Assembly: GCF_004010195.1 (NCBI RefSeq)
Contig: NW_025215138.1
Span: 1-64,000, forward strand
DNA: 64,000 bases
Direction: 5' to 3'
From: Chiloscyllium plagiosum
Taxonomy: Eukaryota
The position numbers and the translations under genes were made by a program. This document shows positions 38,754 to 51,038 of the stretch, one piece after another. How positions within the stretch are numbered: position 1 is the stretch's first letter; every line of letters starts with the position of its first letter. The notes under the pieces were generated by a model, which worked only from the letters and a program-made list of their open reading frames with translations, was not told the origin of the DNA and did not search any database.

Positions 38754-39939
38754 CTTTTGAATTATCCTCATTCTTAAATAGAGTTTCAGCTACTCTAACA
38801 TCTGCTCATGGCATTACTGTACCTTCTGGTATTGGATATTGTTTAGTCATTGCTCTAGTCACTATGATGGCAAAATAGCCAGAACCTGTTCCTATAAATG
38901 TTCTTTTCTTTAATCTCAACTGGACTATCCATGATTATAGGCAAAGCTATGACATTCATTCATATTAAATATTTTCCCAGGAGTAAATCCATTCTGTTCA
39001 CAACTAATTTCTTAATTACTCTGACTAACACTAGTCCAGTCAACAAGCCATGTTCCAAACAGGCTTTTTAAAATAGAACTATGTTAACTTGCCACCTCTC
39101 CCATTCACTAACACTTTGATTTTCAATGAGCACCCCAGTAGGAAACTAAATCCTTACCCAGCAAAAGAGTTTGAGAAACTGCTGTATCTTTTCATTTAGT
39201 TGTGTGTATAAATAGTTCAGTTGAAGAAAAGGTGGTTTTTTCCCTTTTGATAAAGCAGCCTTCATATTTGTCATCTACTCTATGTTTTTCTTCTGGATTC
39301 ACAATAGCATCTACCTAGTCTTAGTTGGCGTTAAAGCTACAATTAGATTTATGGAATTGTCTTCTTGACTAATCCACTAAGTGTCATGCATTTACGTCTC
39401 AACTTGCAGCATTCTGAATGAATGTGTCCCATCTTGTTACAACGGAAGTACCTTGGCTTTCAATTTTCACCTCACTCGCAGCAGTTTTGTTTCTGATCTG
39501 AGAAGGAGACATTGGGACACTCACAACTATCCATTCTTTACCCAGGCTACTTGCTTTCTTTTCACACACCCACTTTCTATCCACTTTGTATATATGAGGG
39601 TGACAGAAAAACGTTTAGTTTGATGGATCGTCATTTCTTATAATGAAAGGCTGTGATTATTAAGTTTCCCTAAGAGAATAATTTCTCTAAGGTCTTTGTA
39701 CATGGCTCCAGCATCTAATGCTCACATCCACCTGTTAACGTTACTTTGCTTAACCCTTTCCAATGCAATACAGGTTTGCTCAGGTTGTTTTCATAAATTT
39801 TAGAACATTTTCCTATCTGCCTTAGTCAGTAACTCTTATGCAGCCAATGTAGTCCTTTTACTGCATCATAATTTCTAGAAATCTTCTCTGATAGTGAAGC
39901 ATAAATTTCCTATGCTTTGCTTGTCAATTTACTCAGCAT

Positions 39940-40067
39940 TCCTGAAGAAGGGTTTATACCCTAAATATTGATTCTCCTGCTCCTTTGATGCTGCCTGACC
40001 TGCTGCACTTTTCCAGCAACACATTTTTCAGCTCCGATCTCCAGCATCTGCAGAACTCACTTTCTCC
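39940..40067 (+). mobile_element. Short Penelope-type insertion with 11-bp TSD and decayed hammerhead
   Basis: TSD TTACTC(A/G)GCAT at 39929-39939 and 40068-40078; CTGAAGA A GGG-TTTATA-CCC TAAA (core G mutated). Confidence 0.75.
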
Positions 40068-41507
40068 TTACTCGGCATGAGCAGTGTTTACTCTTCTTTT
40101 GCCTGTACAAACTTAAGGATTTCCTTCCTGGATTTTAGATTGTGTCTTAGATTCTCCCCTTCAAAGTCTTCATCTGATGTTCTGTGTTTCAATTGCATCT
40201 CTTTAAGTTTATATTCGTATTTTCTCACATTTTCTGTCTTTGCAATTCCAATTATTTCAATTCTTTTTATTTACACCTCCCTTCCCTTACCTTTAATCTG
40301 CTATCTCAAGTTTCTTCATTTTCTCCTGATGCTGAAGCTGTTTTGGCCGTGACTTCAATGTGTCATGACCTGGCGTATTTGTTCTCTCTTGTCTCTATTA
40401 AACCCAAATACCATGCTATTAACATATTTAATTCTGGCTTCCTAGCTTTGTCAAACAATACTACCTTTCAATTACCTGCTCATTCAGACAATTTTCGGGG
40501 GTTTGAACATTCACTTAAGAATGTCAGGGACAATGTTATCACTACTGAATATTCATTTCCAGTGACATTTATTAAATGCAGAACCTGGCAATTTCCTTCA
40601 CCTGGATTATTTACTGATACCACACCCAAATCCTCATTGCTTCTGTTTCAATACATCTGTTTACAAGTTTCCAAACTTTGTTCTGGATATCAAGCCCTAC
40701 TATTCCCGGAATCATCAAAAAAGTTAATTATTTTAATCAATTTACAAAACATAGACAAGGTTTCTTTACTTAGCAAGAACAAGTATTATAAATAAATACA
40801 TCCTAACCACAGGTAAACATGTATGAACTGGTGAAACTGTAATAAAACCATACTAATTGAAACTCAAATTCCCTTGTAATGCTCCCTCACACACACACGC
40901 ATGAACAGACAAATGCAGACAAAACATTGGTATTATGGCTGGAGGGAAACAGTTCAATGAGCTAATTCACATGGTTTGCTGAAATGATTAATTTTCCATG
41001 ATTTTCTGTTCTTCAATGTCTTTTCTCCAAGTCCTTTTCATTTCTTTATGGGAGGCATTAGTGATTTTGTGATTTTGGCCTTTGTTATCCATAATTAGTC
41101 ACAATGCCACAACCATTTAGCATCCTGTTGCTGGCTGAATCTCAGTTTGCGCATACCTTTTGCCTGTTCAAAAAATAGCCTACTCCATCGGTTCAGGTGA
41201 AAAATTAGAGTCTTGGTATACTGTAAAGGCTGGCTATGTTCAGAGTATAACAAATATAGGGTCCCAGGTTGTTACAGGAATTTGCTATCGAGATCGTGGG
41301 AAGACATGCAATAATCTTACAAATTGTCCTGAATGTGGGGGAATGGTTCAGAGGACCATGGCAAGTTTTCCCAAGGTGGAAAAAAAGGTATTTTGAGAGA
41401 AATATTCACTACTTCCGAACTGAGGCCAAGTAAAATGAATTCTTGGACTTCTTGCTGGCTCCACAAACTCCTCCTGTTAGTCTCAAATTAAAACTGGGCC
41501 AGAAGAC

Positions 41508-42795
41508 CATAGAACATAGAAGATAAAATATAGAACAATACAGCGCAGAACAGGCCCTTTGGCCCTCAGTGTTGTGCCAACCTGTAAACTAATCTAAGCC
41601 CACCCCCACACTATCCCATCATCATCTATGTGCTTATCCAAGGACTGTTTAAATGCCCCTAATGTTGGCTGAGTTAACTACATTGGCAGGCAGAGCATTC
41701 CACATCCTTATCACTGTCTGAGTAAAGAACCTGACTCTGACATCTGTCTTAAATCTATCACCCCTCAATTTGCAGCTATGCCACCTCGTACAAGCCAAAG
41801 TCATCATCCTAAGAAAAAGACTCTCACTGTCCACCCTATCTAATCCTCTGACTGTCTTGAATGTCTCTTTTAAATCCCCTCTTAACCTTCTTCTCTCCAA
41901 TGAGAACAGACCCAAGTCTGTCAGCCTTTCCTCATAAGACCTTCCTCCAGAACTGGCAACATCCTGGTAAATCTCCTCTGCACCTTTTTCAATACTTCCA
42001 CATCCTTCCTGTAGTGGGGCAACCAGAACTGCACACAATATTCCAAGTGAAGCCACACTAGCGTTTTGTATAGTTGCAGCATGACATTACGGCGTCGGAA
42101 CTCAATCCCTCTACCAATGAAACTTAACACACCATATGCCTTCTTAACAGCACCATCACTCTGGGTGGCAACTTTCAGGGATCCATGTACGTGGATACCA
42201 AGATCCCTCTGCACACCCACACTACCAAGAATCTTTCTATTGACTCAGTATTCTGCCTTCCTGTTATTCTTCTCAAAGTGGTTCCCCTCACATTTATCTG
42301 CATTGAACTCCATTTGCCACCTCCCAGCCCAATTCTGCAGTTTATCCAAGTCCCCCTGCAAACTGCAACATCCTTCCACACTATCCACCACTCCACCGAC
42401 TTTAGTGTCATCTGCAAACTTACTAACCCATCCAACTATGCCTGCGTCCATGTCATTTATAAAAATGACAAACAGCTGTAGTCCCAAAACAGATCCTTGT
42501 GGCATGCCACTAGTAACCAGACTCCAGGCTGAATATTTTCCATCAACTATCACTCACTGCCTTCATACAGAAAGCCAGATTCTATTCCAAACTGCTAAAT
42601 CACCCTTAATCCCATGCCTCTGCATTTTCTCCAAATGTCTGCCATGTGGAATCTTATCAAAGGCTTTACTGAAGTCCATGTACACCACGTCCTACTCTCA
42701 TCCACATGATTAGTCCCCTCCTCAAAAAACTCAATGAGGTTTGTGAGACACGACCTGCCCTTGGGAATCCATGTTCACTATCTCCAATCAAAGTG
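41508..42795 (-). mobile_element. CR1 LINE 3' half
   Basis: ORFs 42245-42553 (GMPQGSVLG, FADDTK) and 41921-42220; (ttctatg)n tail at ~41510. Confidence 0.95.
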
Positions 42796-42835
42796 ACTCC
42801 TAAGTGACCAATAATTGACCCAGTCAGAGTCTCGT

Positions 42836-45800
42836 AGAACATAAAACATAGAACATTACAGTGTAGTACAGGCCCTTCAGCCCTTGATGTTGCGCCGACC
42901 TGTGGAAACAATCTGCAGCCTATCTATCCTACACTATTCCAATTTCATCCATATGTTTATCCAATCGCCATTTAAATGCCCTTAAAGTTGGCAAGTCTAC
43001 TACTGTTGCAGGCAGTGTGTTCCATGCCCCATCTACTCTCTGAGTATGGAAACTACCTCTGACATCTGTCCTATATCCCTCAATTTAAAGCCTCCGTGCT
43101 AGCCATCACTGTCTAAGGAAGAAGGCTCAACTGTCTATTGAACTAATCCTCTGATTATTTTATATGTTTCAACTAAGTGACCTCTCAACCTTCTTCTCTC
43201 TAATGGAAACAGCCTCAAGTCCTTCAGCCTTTCCTCACAAGAACTTCCCTCCATACTAGGCAACATCCTGGTAAATCTCCACTGAATCATTTCCAAAGTT
43301 TCCACATCCTTCCTATAACGCAGTGACCAGAACTGTACGTAATATTCCAAGCTCTGTCACACCAGAGTTTTGTGCAGCTGTAGCATGACCTTGTGGTTCC
43401 AACACTCAATCCCTCTACCAATAGAAGCTAACACACCGTATGCCTTCTTAACAACCATATCAACCTGGGTGGCAACTTTTAGAGATCTATGTATATGGAT
43501 ATTCAGATCTCTCTGCTCATCTACACTACCAAGAATCTTACCATTAGCCCAGTACGCGTTATTCCTGTTGCTCCTTCCAAAGTGATTCACCTCACACTTT
43601 TCTGTATTAAACTCCATTTGCCACCTCTCAGCCCAGCTCTGCAGCTTATCTATGTGCCTCAGTAACCTGCAACATTCTTCAGCACTATCCACAACTCCAC
43701 CATCCGTAAATTTACTAACCCACCCTTTTATGCCCTCATCTAGGACATTTATAAAAATGACAACGAGCAGTGGTCCAAAAGCAGATCCTTGCAACACACC
43801 ATTGCAACATTAGGAACTGAACTCCAGGACAAACATTTCCCATCAACCACAACCCTCTGTATGCTTTCAGCTAGCCAATTTATGATTCAAACTGCTAAAT
43901 CACCCTCAATCCCATGCCTCTGCATTTTCTCCAAATGTCTGCCATGTGGAATCTTATCAAAGGCTTTACTGAAATCCATGTACACCACGTCAACAGCCCT
44001 ACTCTCATCCACATGATTGGTCACCTCCTCAAAAAACTCAACCACAATCCCATGCCTCTGTATTTTGTGCAATAGCCTACCATGGGGAACCTTATCAAAT
44101 GCCTTACTGAAATCTATATACAACACATTGACTTCTTTACCCTCATCCATCACTTTGGTCACCATCTCAAAGAATAAAGTTTGTGAGGCACAACCTACCC
44201 TTCACAAAACCATGTTGACTATTTCTAATCAACATATTCCTCTCTGGATGATTATAAATCCAATCTCTTATAACCTTTTCTAACACTTTACCTCCAACTA
44301 CATTCAGGTTCATGGTCTATAATTAGCAGGGTTGTCTCTACTCCCCTTCCTAAACAAGGGGACAACATTTGCCATACTCCAGTCTTCTGGCACTATTCCT
44401 GTAGACAATGATAACATAAAGATCAAAGCCAAAGGCTCTGCAATCTCCTCCCTGGCTTACGAGAGAATCCTAGAATAAATCTCATCTATGTTCACACTTT
44501 CCAGAAATGCTAACAACTCTTCACTGTGAATCTCAACCCTATCTAGTCTAGTAGCCTGTATCTCAGTAATTTCCTCAACAACATTGTCTTTTCCAGTGTG
44601 ATTACTGATGAAAAGAAGCACCTCTCCTACCTCCTAAGACTCCACGCAAAACTTCCCACTGCTATCCATGATTGGCCTTAATCTTTCTCTAATCATTCTT
44701 TTATTCCTGATATACCTATGGAAAGCTTTAGGGTTTTCCTTGATCCTATCTGCCAACGATTTCTCCTGTCCCTTCCTGGCTCTTCTTAGCTCTCTCTTTA
44801 GGTCTTTCCTGGCTAACTTGTAACTCTCAAGCACACTAACTGAGTCTTCATATCTCAGCCTAACATAAAACACCTTCTTCCCCCAACAAGAGATTCAACT
44901 TCTTAAGTAAACCACAGCTCCTTTGCTCGACCACTTCTTTCCTGCCTGAAAGGTAAATTCTTATCAAGGACATGGAGTAGCTCTTCCTTGAATAAGCTCC
45001 ACATTTCAATTGTGCCCATCCCTGCAGTTCCCTTCCCCATCCTATGCATCCTAAATCTGGCCTAATTGCATCAAATTGCCTTTCCCCCAGCAATAACTCT
45101 TGCCCTACATTATATACCTATCCCTTTCCATTACTACTGTAAACATAACTGAATTGTGGTCACTATCACCAAGGTTCTCACCTACCTCCAAATCTAACAC
45201 CTTGCGAAATTCATTAGTCAATACCAAATCCAATGTGGCCTTGTCCCTAGTTGGCGTGTCTACATATTGTGTCAGGAAACCATCCTGCACACATTGGACA
45301 AAAACTGACTCATCTAAACTACATGAACTATAGTTTTTTCAGTCAATATTTGGAAAGTTATAGGTCCCCATAACAACTACCCTGTTACTCTTGCTCCTAT
45401 TCAGAATGATCTTTTCTGTCCTATCCTCTATATCTCTATTTGGAGGCCTATAGAAACCTCTCCTTCCTGTTTCTAACCTTAGTCCATACTTCCTCAGTAG
45501 ATGAGTCCTCAAATGTCCATTCTGCCACTGTAATACTGTCCTTGATTTACAATGCCACACTTACCCCTCTTCTACCATCTTTTCTGTTCTTACCGAAACA
45601 TCTAAATCCCGGAACCTGCAACAACCATTCCTGTCCTTGCTCTACCCATGTCTCCAAAATGACCACAACATTGAAGTCCCAGGCACCAACTCATGCTGCA
45701 AGTTCACCCACCTTATTCCAGATGCTCTTGGAGTTGAAGTAGACACATTTCAATCCACTTTCTGGCTTGCTGATGAACTCTTGCGACCTTGAAACCTCAT

Positions 45801-46200
45801 TTCTGACCTCACTACTCTCAACCTCCTGGACATGGGAACTACAATTTAGGTTCCCATCCCTCCGCTGAATTACTTTAAATCATCCTGAACAGCATTAGCA
45901 AATTTCCCCCTGAGGATATTGGTACCCCTTTGGTTCAGATGTAGACAATTCTTTTTGGAGAGATCCCATCTACTGCAGAATGAGCCCTAATTATCCAGGT
46001 ATCTGAAACCTTCTGTCCCTGTGGCCACATGTTCAACTCCTCACTCTCACTATTCCTTGCCTCACTAGCATGTGGCTTGGGCATCAAACCAGAGATAACA
46101 ACTCTGTTTGCTCAGGCACTAAGCCTCCACCCTAGCTACTTGAATTTCTGCCTTAAATCCCCATTTTCCTACCTATGTCATTTGTACACATGTGGACTCT
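42836..46200 (-). mobile_element. Long inactivated CR1 LINE (ORF1 esterase end, endonuclease, RT, tail)
   Basis: - strand CLHLNQRG (esterase end), VVVMGTYNFPNID, LGDSDHNSV, DFSKAFDK twice, QGSAFGP. Confidence 0.92.
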
Positions 46201-46469
46201 CAATTGGGATAAAAGCAGATAGGCCATCATAGGCCTTACCCAACCCCTCAAAAGGTACTGACAGTCATAGGGTCAGGTGGAGGGCAATGGCAAAGCCCCC
46301 TGGGAAGTTTACAAGCCCCATGCATGGGAAGACATTGTGGTGCATCATACAATTCTATCCAAGAACCAAGAAATACGAGTCGGAGTGGACCACACATTAT
46401 GTTGTGTTTGCTCCACCATTTAATGCAATCCTAGCTGGTTTTGGGCTCCAATTCCAATTTACAACTTAC

Positions 46470-46710
46470 TGTCTGAAATAATTTCATGGAGGCCAGCATC
46501 CCATCACCAAGTCATCCCTTTATTTACTCAGCGAGAGTCCTTGACACTGATCCAGCTTCCATACAGCCAGCTGTCAGAGTGAATAGAACCTCTGACACTC
46601 TTGTTTATACTTGTCAGCCCAGGATTGCTATTTGGACCAGATTAACAGCTCCAATCAGGGAACTCATATTCTATGAGGTCCAACTGGCTGACCTCAATAC
46701 AATCACTACA
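46470..46710 (-). mobile_element. Short solo LTR, same family as 18515-19530
   Basis: Shared blocks gaaataatt, cccatcaccaagt, cttgacactgatccagct and tcagagtgaa; ends cactaca (TGTAGTG on the - strand). Confidence 0.7.
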
Positions 46711-46729
46711 CTGTGCATATCCCTGAATT

Positions 46730-47700
46730 CCCCACAACCAAGCATCTGCCTGTCCCAACATTAAGTAGGTTCTACTTCTCTGTAGTGGTGAAGTTCAAAC
46801 ATTCACATTACTGTCAGTCATAAACATTTATCCACTTATATTGATACAGTTCACCCAGGTTCTAGATTCTCCACTTACAGGCAAACAGCTTCTTAGTGCT
46901 TACACTGTCATCCCCTTCGAAATCGTGGACATCTCAAAAGAATCACTTCTCATTCTTTTAAATTTCAGAGAATACAGATCCAATTCACTCAGCCTCACAT
47001 CACAGGACAATACCCTCACCCCAGGGATCAAAGTAATGAACCTTCATTGTACTACCTGCGATGTCAGAATTGCACACAATATTTTAGATGTGATCTATCA
47101 TCAAACACTGATACTTCTTATATCTGCATTCCCATTTCTTTGCAATAAAGTTCAGCATGGCACTTAGCTCCCTAATTACTTGCTGAATCTGTATATTAAC
47201 TTTCCATGTTTCTTGTTTGAGACTTCTAAATTTCTCTGAACATCAATATTTACAAGCTTCTCAGGTATTAAAAAGACATGCTGTTTCTGCATTCTTCCAA
47301 AGTTGATAAATCACACTTCCCTGTGTTATATTCCAGCTGCTACCCTGTTTTCCATCCATTTAATCCATATATATTTCTTAGTAGGTTTTTAATTTCCTCT
47401 TCACAGCTTAAATTCTCACAGCTTTGTATCATCAGCAAATTTGGATTCCTTATTTGATTTTCTTCAGTTAAGTCACTGATTTAGATTGTAAATAACTAGA
47501 TGCTCCATCATTGACTTCTGCGAAATGTAAACTCCCAAATTCATTATCTTTCAACTTGAAAATTCCCCCCATTTATCCTTGCTTTTTTGCTTCCTGTCCA
47601 TTAACCAATCTATAATAATATATTTCCCAGATGCCATGTATCCTCATCTTGCTGATTAACCTAAGAAATTACTTGGAAATCCAAGTTCACTGGATTGAAG
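46730..47700 (-). mobile_element. Old degenerate CR1
   Basis: gtatcatcagcaaat (FADDT on the - strand) and CR1 3'-type motifs. Confidence 0.7.
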
Positions 47701-47774
47701 GAGAAGTGCAGTGTGGCTAGGCCATGGGACCATACCTCAGAGAAAAAAAAAATACCTTCATGTGCTGTGGTCCA

Positions 47775-47960
47775 CTGAGAATCAGCACCTTTTGGAATTG
47801 TGTCCCTGTTATAGTCAGCATCTTCAGAAACTGTAACCCAATGTGACAGTGCAACTACAGGACTCTAATGAGTGTTAGCACCATCAGGAACAGTATTTCA
47901 GTGAGACTCAGCACCTTGCAGAACTGTATCCCATTGAGAGCCAGCACCTTCAGTAACTGA
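47775..47960. repeat. Degenerate ~31-bp minisatellite with (T/C)CAGCACCTT core
   Basis: Units tgagaatcagcaccttttggaattgt / gtcagcatcttcagaaactgt / gttagcaccatcaggaacagt / ctcagcaccttgcagaactgt / gccagcaccttcagtaactga. Confidence 0.75.
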
Positions 47961-49089
47961 ACAGGAATGAAGATTCCCAACTGAAGGAAACTGCATGAAT
48001 ATACAAAAATCATTTGGATTGGCAGAGCTGACCACTCTGTCATTAGTGTATGTGTGGAGCAGTTTTCTACATATTAACTCTATTGATAATTCAACTGATC
48101 ATTTCAGTTTTTAATGAAGGGATGCTCAATTTAAAATTAAATGAAATAGTGTTTAATGAGAGGAACAGTAATTCATTTAACTTGGGCAGGTGAGTTGAGT
48201 GGAATATTTTCCAAACTGCTTTTGTTAAATTGAGTGTGTTGAGTGTGTTTAATGGTTTAGAAAATTAACTTGCAGTTTGATTCAATCAAGCTCTCCATCT
48301 GATGTCTCTGTCTCTATCATTCTACATCAATAGATTTTCTTGGTATTTGCAGATTGATCATGAGGTATATTCATACTAACGAAGGAGTCACTTGATGATG
48401 ATTGTTTCCACAGAGGACAGTCAGAGATTGTTGAGCAGGCATGTTCCTTATACAGTTGAGCAGAGAATTATGAATGAGGTGTTCAGTGAATTTGTTAAGG
48501 ACACGGTTGCTTTATTTATTGAGATTCATTTGATTATAACATAAAGACCTAGACTTATGGATAATATTGAAAACATATGTGGGAATTATTTCTTAACCAC
48601 TCCTTGACCTAAAATATTCTTGCTTACCCTAGTAACGAGAAGTCTTAGTATCTTTTGTACCTCAGAATGCGTAGGATGAAATAAGTTCAGTAGTGTAGTA
48701 ACAGACTGAAATAATGGGCCTGACAAAGCTGTTTTTCTGCAATTGAGAAGATTTCTTTCAATTAATTTTGGGATAGGCACATTATTGGCAAGACTTTAAT
48801 GTATTTTCCATCCCCAAATGCCCTGGAGAAGGTGGTAAGCTGTTTTCCTAAACCAGTAATATCATTGGGGAATGGGTACACTGTGCTGTTGGAAAGGGAG
48901 ACATAGAAGTTTGACCCAGCAACAGTGACAGAACTGTGACAGAATGTGTTTCCAGTTCAGAATAGTGAGTGACTTGGAGTGCAGGTTGCAGGCATTGGTA
49001 TTTCCATTTGCCTGTTGCCCTTTGCAGATGGTAGATTTCAAGGGTTTAAAAGATGCTATCAAAAGGAGTCTTGGAACATCTCTATAAAT

Positions 49090-50095
49090 ATAAACGTTAG
49101 GAGCATAAACAATGTAAGCAGTTAGATATTAGGAATCTAATGGAATGTTAGCTTTTATCTCAAGAGGATTTTAGTGCGATAATATTGAAGTCTTTCTTCT
49201 GTTGTATCGGGGCTATATAGGATCCAAATAGACTGCACCTGATGTACATTGACCAGTTCTGGTTTCCTCAGCTTGGGGAGGATATGATGGCCATGTAACT
49301 AGTGCAATGAAGGTGCAACAGACTTGCTCCTGAGTGTGGCACCACTATGCTATGACGAGAGTTTGGGCAAACTGGGTCCTTTTTTTTAGATTAGATTACA
49401 TTACAGTGTGGAAACAGGCCCTTCGGCCCAACAAATCCACACCGACCCGCCGAAGCGCAACCCACCCAGACCCCTACATTTACCCCTTACCTAACACTAC
49501 GGGCAATTTAGCATGGCCAATTCACCTGACCTGCACATCTTTGGACTGTGGGAGGAAACCGGAGCACCCGGAGGAAACCCACGAAGACACGGGGAGAATG
49601 TGCAAACTCCACACAGTCAGTCGCCTGAGGCAGGAATTGAACCCGGGTCTCTGGCTCTGTGAGGCAACAGTGCTAACCACTGTGCCACCGTGCCACCCAC
49701 TTTGTCCAGGGTTTCAAAGATTGAGAGGTGATCTGATTGAAACCAATAAAATACTTGAAGTGAAAGTTAAGGTGGACGCAGGTAAAATGTGTCTGTCCAA
49801 AGGCAGGTTGCACAGTTTACACATAAGTGGAATACTACTTACGAACAGGACGAGAGCAAATCTTTTTTTTACTCAGAAGGCTGTGAAACCTGGAAATTCT
49901 GTACCTCAGAGGGATGTGGAAGCGTAATGTTTGACTATGTTTAAAATGAAGATTTATGGATTTCTGTTTACCAGTGGTGTAGGGCTATGGGAATGGGGTG
50001 AATAAAAGGCATTGAAGTGTTCAATTAGGCATGATCAGATTTAATAGTAGAGCAGGCTTGATCGGCTGAATGGGTTACCCATCTTCCTATGTGTC
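49090..50095 (+). mobile_element. Old CR1 fragment interrupted by a SINE
   Basis: aatggaatgttagcttttat, QRLRGDLIET, FFTQKAVK. Confidence 0.75.
49386..49698 (-). mobile_element. HE1-like V-SINE, young full-length copy
   Basis: Nearly identical to 22652-22964. Confidence 0.93.
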
Positions 50096-50849
50096 TAACG
50101 AGGCCATTTAGTCCCATGAAGCTGCTCTGGCATTGAATTAGATCATGGATATTCTGCTGTGTTTTCAATTCCACATTTCCATCTATTCCAGATAACATTT
50201 CATTCTACAAATGTCTTTGGGAAATTCAAGTACAGTATGTCTAAAGGTTGTCCTTTATCAACATCATGTGCTACCCCTTCAAAGAACTCCAAAATAAATG
50301 GTCTCCACTGATGGAATAATAGGTATGTGTTTGCATGATATGTAGTTAGCGATATTCTGATTAGTGGAGCTGTTATCCCGCGGAATGGCTCTGTTTGCCC
50401 AATTTTGGCATTAAGATTACACGGTGAACAAAGCGCTCAGACCCTGTTTATGAGCTTGCCAATAAGGCTACCCTTGTAGCACATGGAACCATAGAAATCT
50501 AAATGCACATGTTAAAAATCTTTGACATCATGTTTCTTTTTCAGCAATATACAGAGCAATATCAAAGTTTCCGGGTTTGCCCACTGTAACTTTCCTTTGG
50601 TAAGATAGTAAGACATATGCAGTGCATCAGAAACTACACTAGTACTTACTAGGTACAACATGTATCTAACCAGAGCGATGCAGTTATATCTCAACTGTTA
50701 TCATAACACGATTTGGGCCAGAGTGTTATTTGTTTGGTACACTTGTCCCAGATATCAAATTGCCTTCAAATATTCGAGGTTTTATGGAAAACCGTGCCAC
50801 AGAAGCAAGTTCGGAAGTTGCTGTTATTAGGTTAATATTTTCCATGACT

Positions 50850-51000
50850 GTAAGTAATTGATGCTAATGAGACAGAGAAATGATTTATAGATAAATGGAA
50901 AATTTCTGGGACATCACCTCCTGACGTACGATCGCGGTAAGAGCCCGGTTTTAAAAAGCCAGATGGACTGGAGCTGTCCACATCACCAGTGCTGAAACAC
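50850..51000 (+). promoter_or_regulatory. Somatostatin proximal promoter
   Basis: TAATTGATGCTAATGA 50855-50870, TGATTTAT 50881-50888, CRE-like TGACGTAC 50922-50929, TATA variant TTTAAAAA 50950-50957, and local CpG enrichment. The order resembles the mammalian SST promoter (homeodomain elements, CRE, TTTAAAA). Confidence 0.8.
50970..50996 (-). promoter_or_regulatory. Non-canonical (8-bp spacer) RE1/NRSE REST site
   Basis: + strand GGAGCTGTCC-acatcacc-AGTGCTGAA; the - strand reads TTCAGCACT-N8-GGACAGCTCC, i.e. both RE1 half-sites with an extended spacer. Confidence 0.65.
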
Positions 51001-51038
51001 CGGGCATTTCAACCTGCGCTTCTTCGCTCTGTGCAGTG

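Larger units (their letters stand above)
35380..40700 (-). mobile_element. Highly decayed Gmr1-like Gypsy LTR retrotransposon (gag, zinc knuckle, PR, INT, RT, RH) with SINE insertions
   Basis: - strand order: gag IYASLSEKISRNYDAVK (~39620-39930), knuckle YFRCNKMGHIHSEC (39409-39450), protease MDLLLGKYL (~38970), integrase MAEHIGTQKMW (~38350), then RT HYRKVSTVMKTDSY...GLVLNLAK (~36560-37030). Confidence 0.78.

Noticed and set aside
40184..40795. 203-aa hydrophobic ORF
   Set aside because: No recognisable domain; lies antisense to the A-rich 5' gag region of the Gmr1-like element.
42066..42713. 215-aa + strand ORF and similar ORFs antisense to CR1 RT
   Set aside because: Open antisense frames are a common property of CR1 RT sequence; no independent coding evidence.
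47775..47960. Regularly spaced repeats as a CRISPR-like array
   Set aside because: Vertebrate context, degenerate tandem units without unique spacers, and no cas genes.
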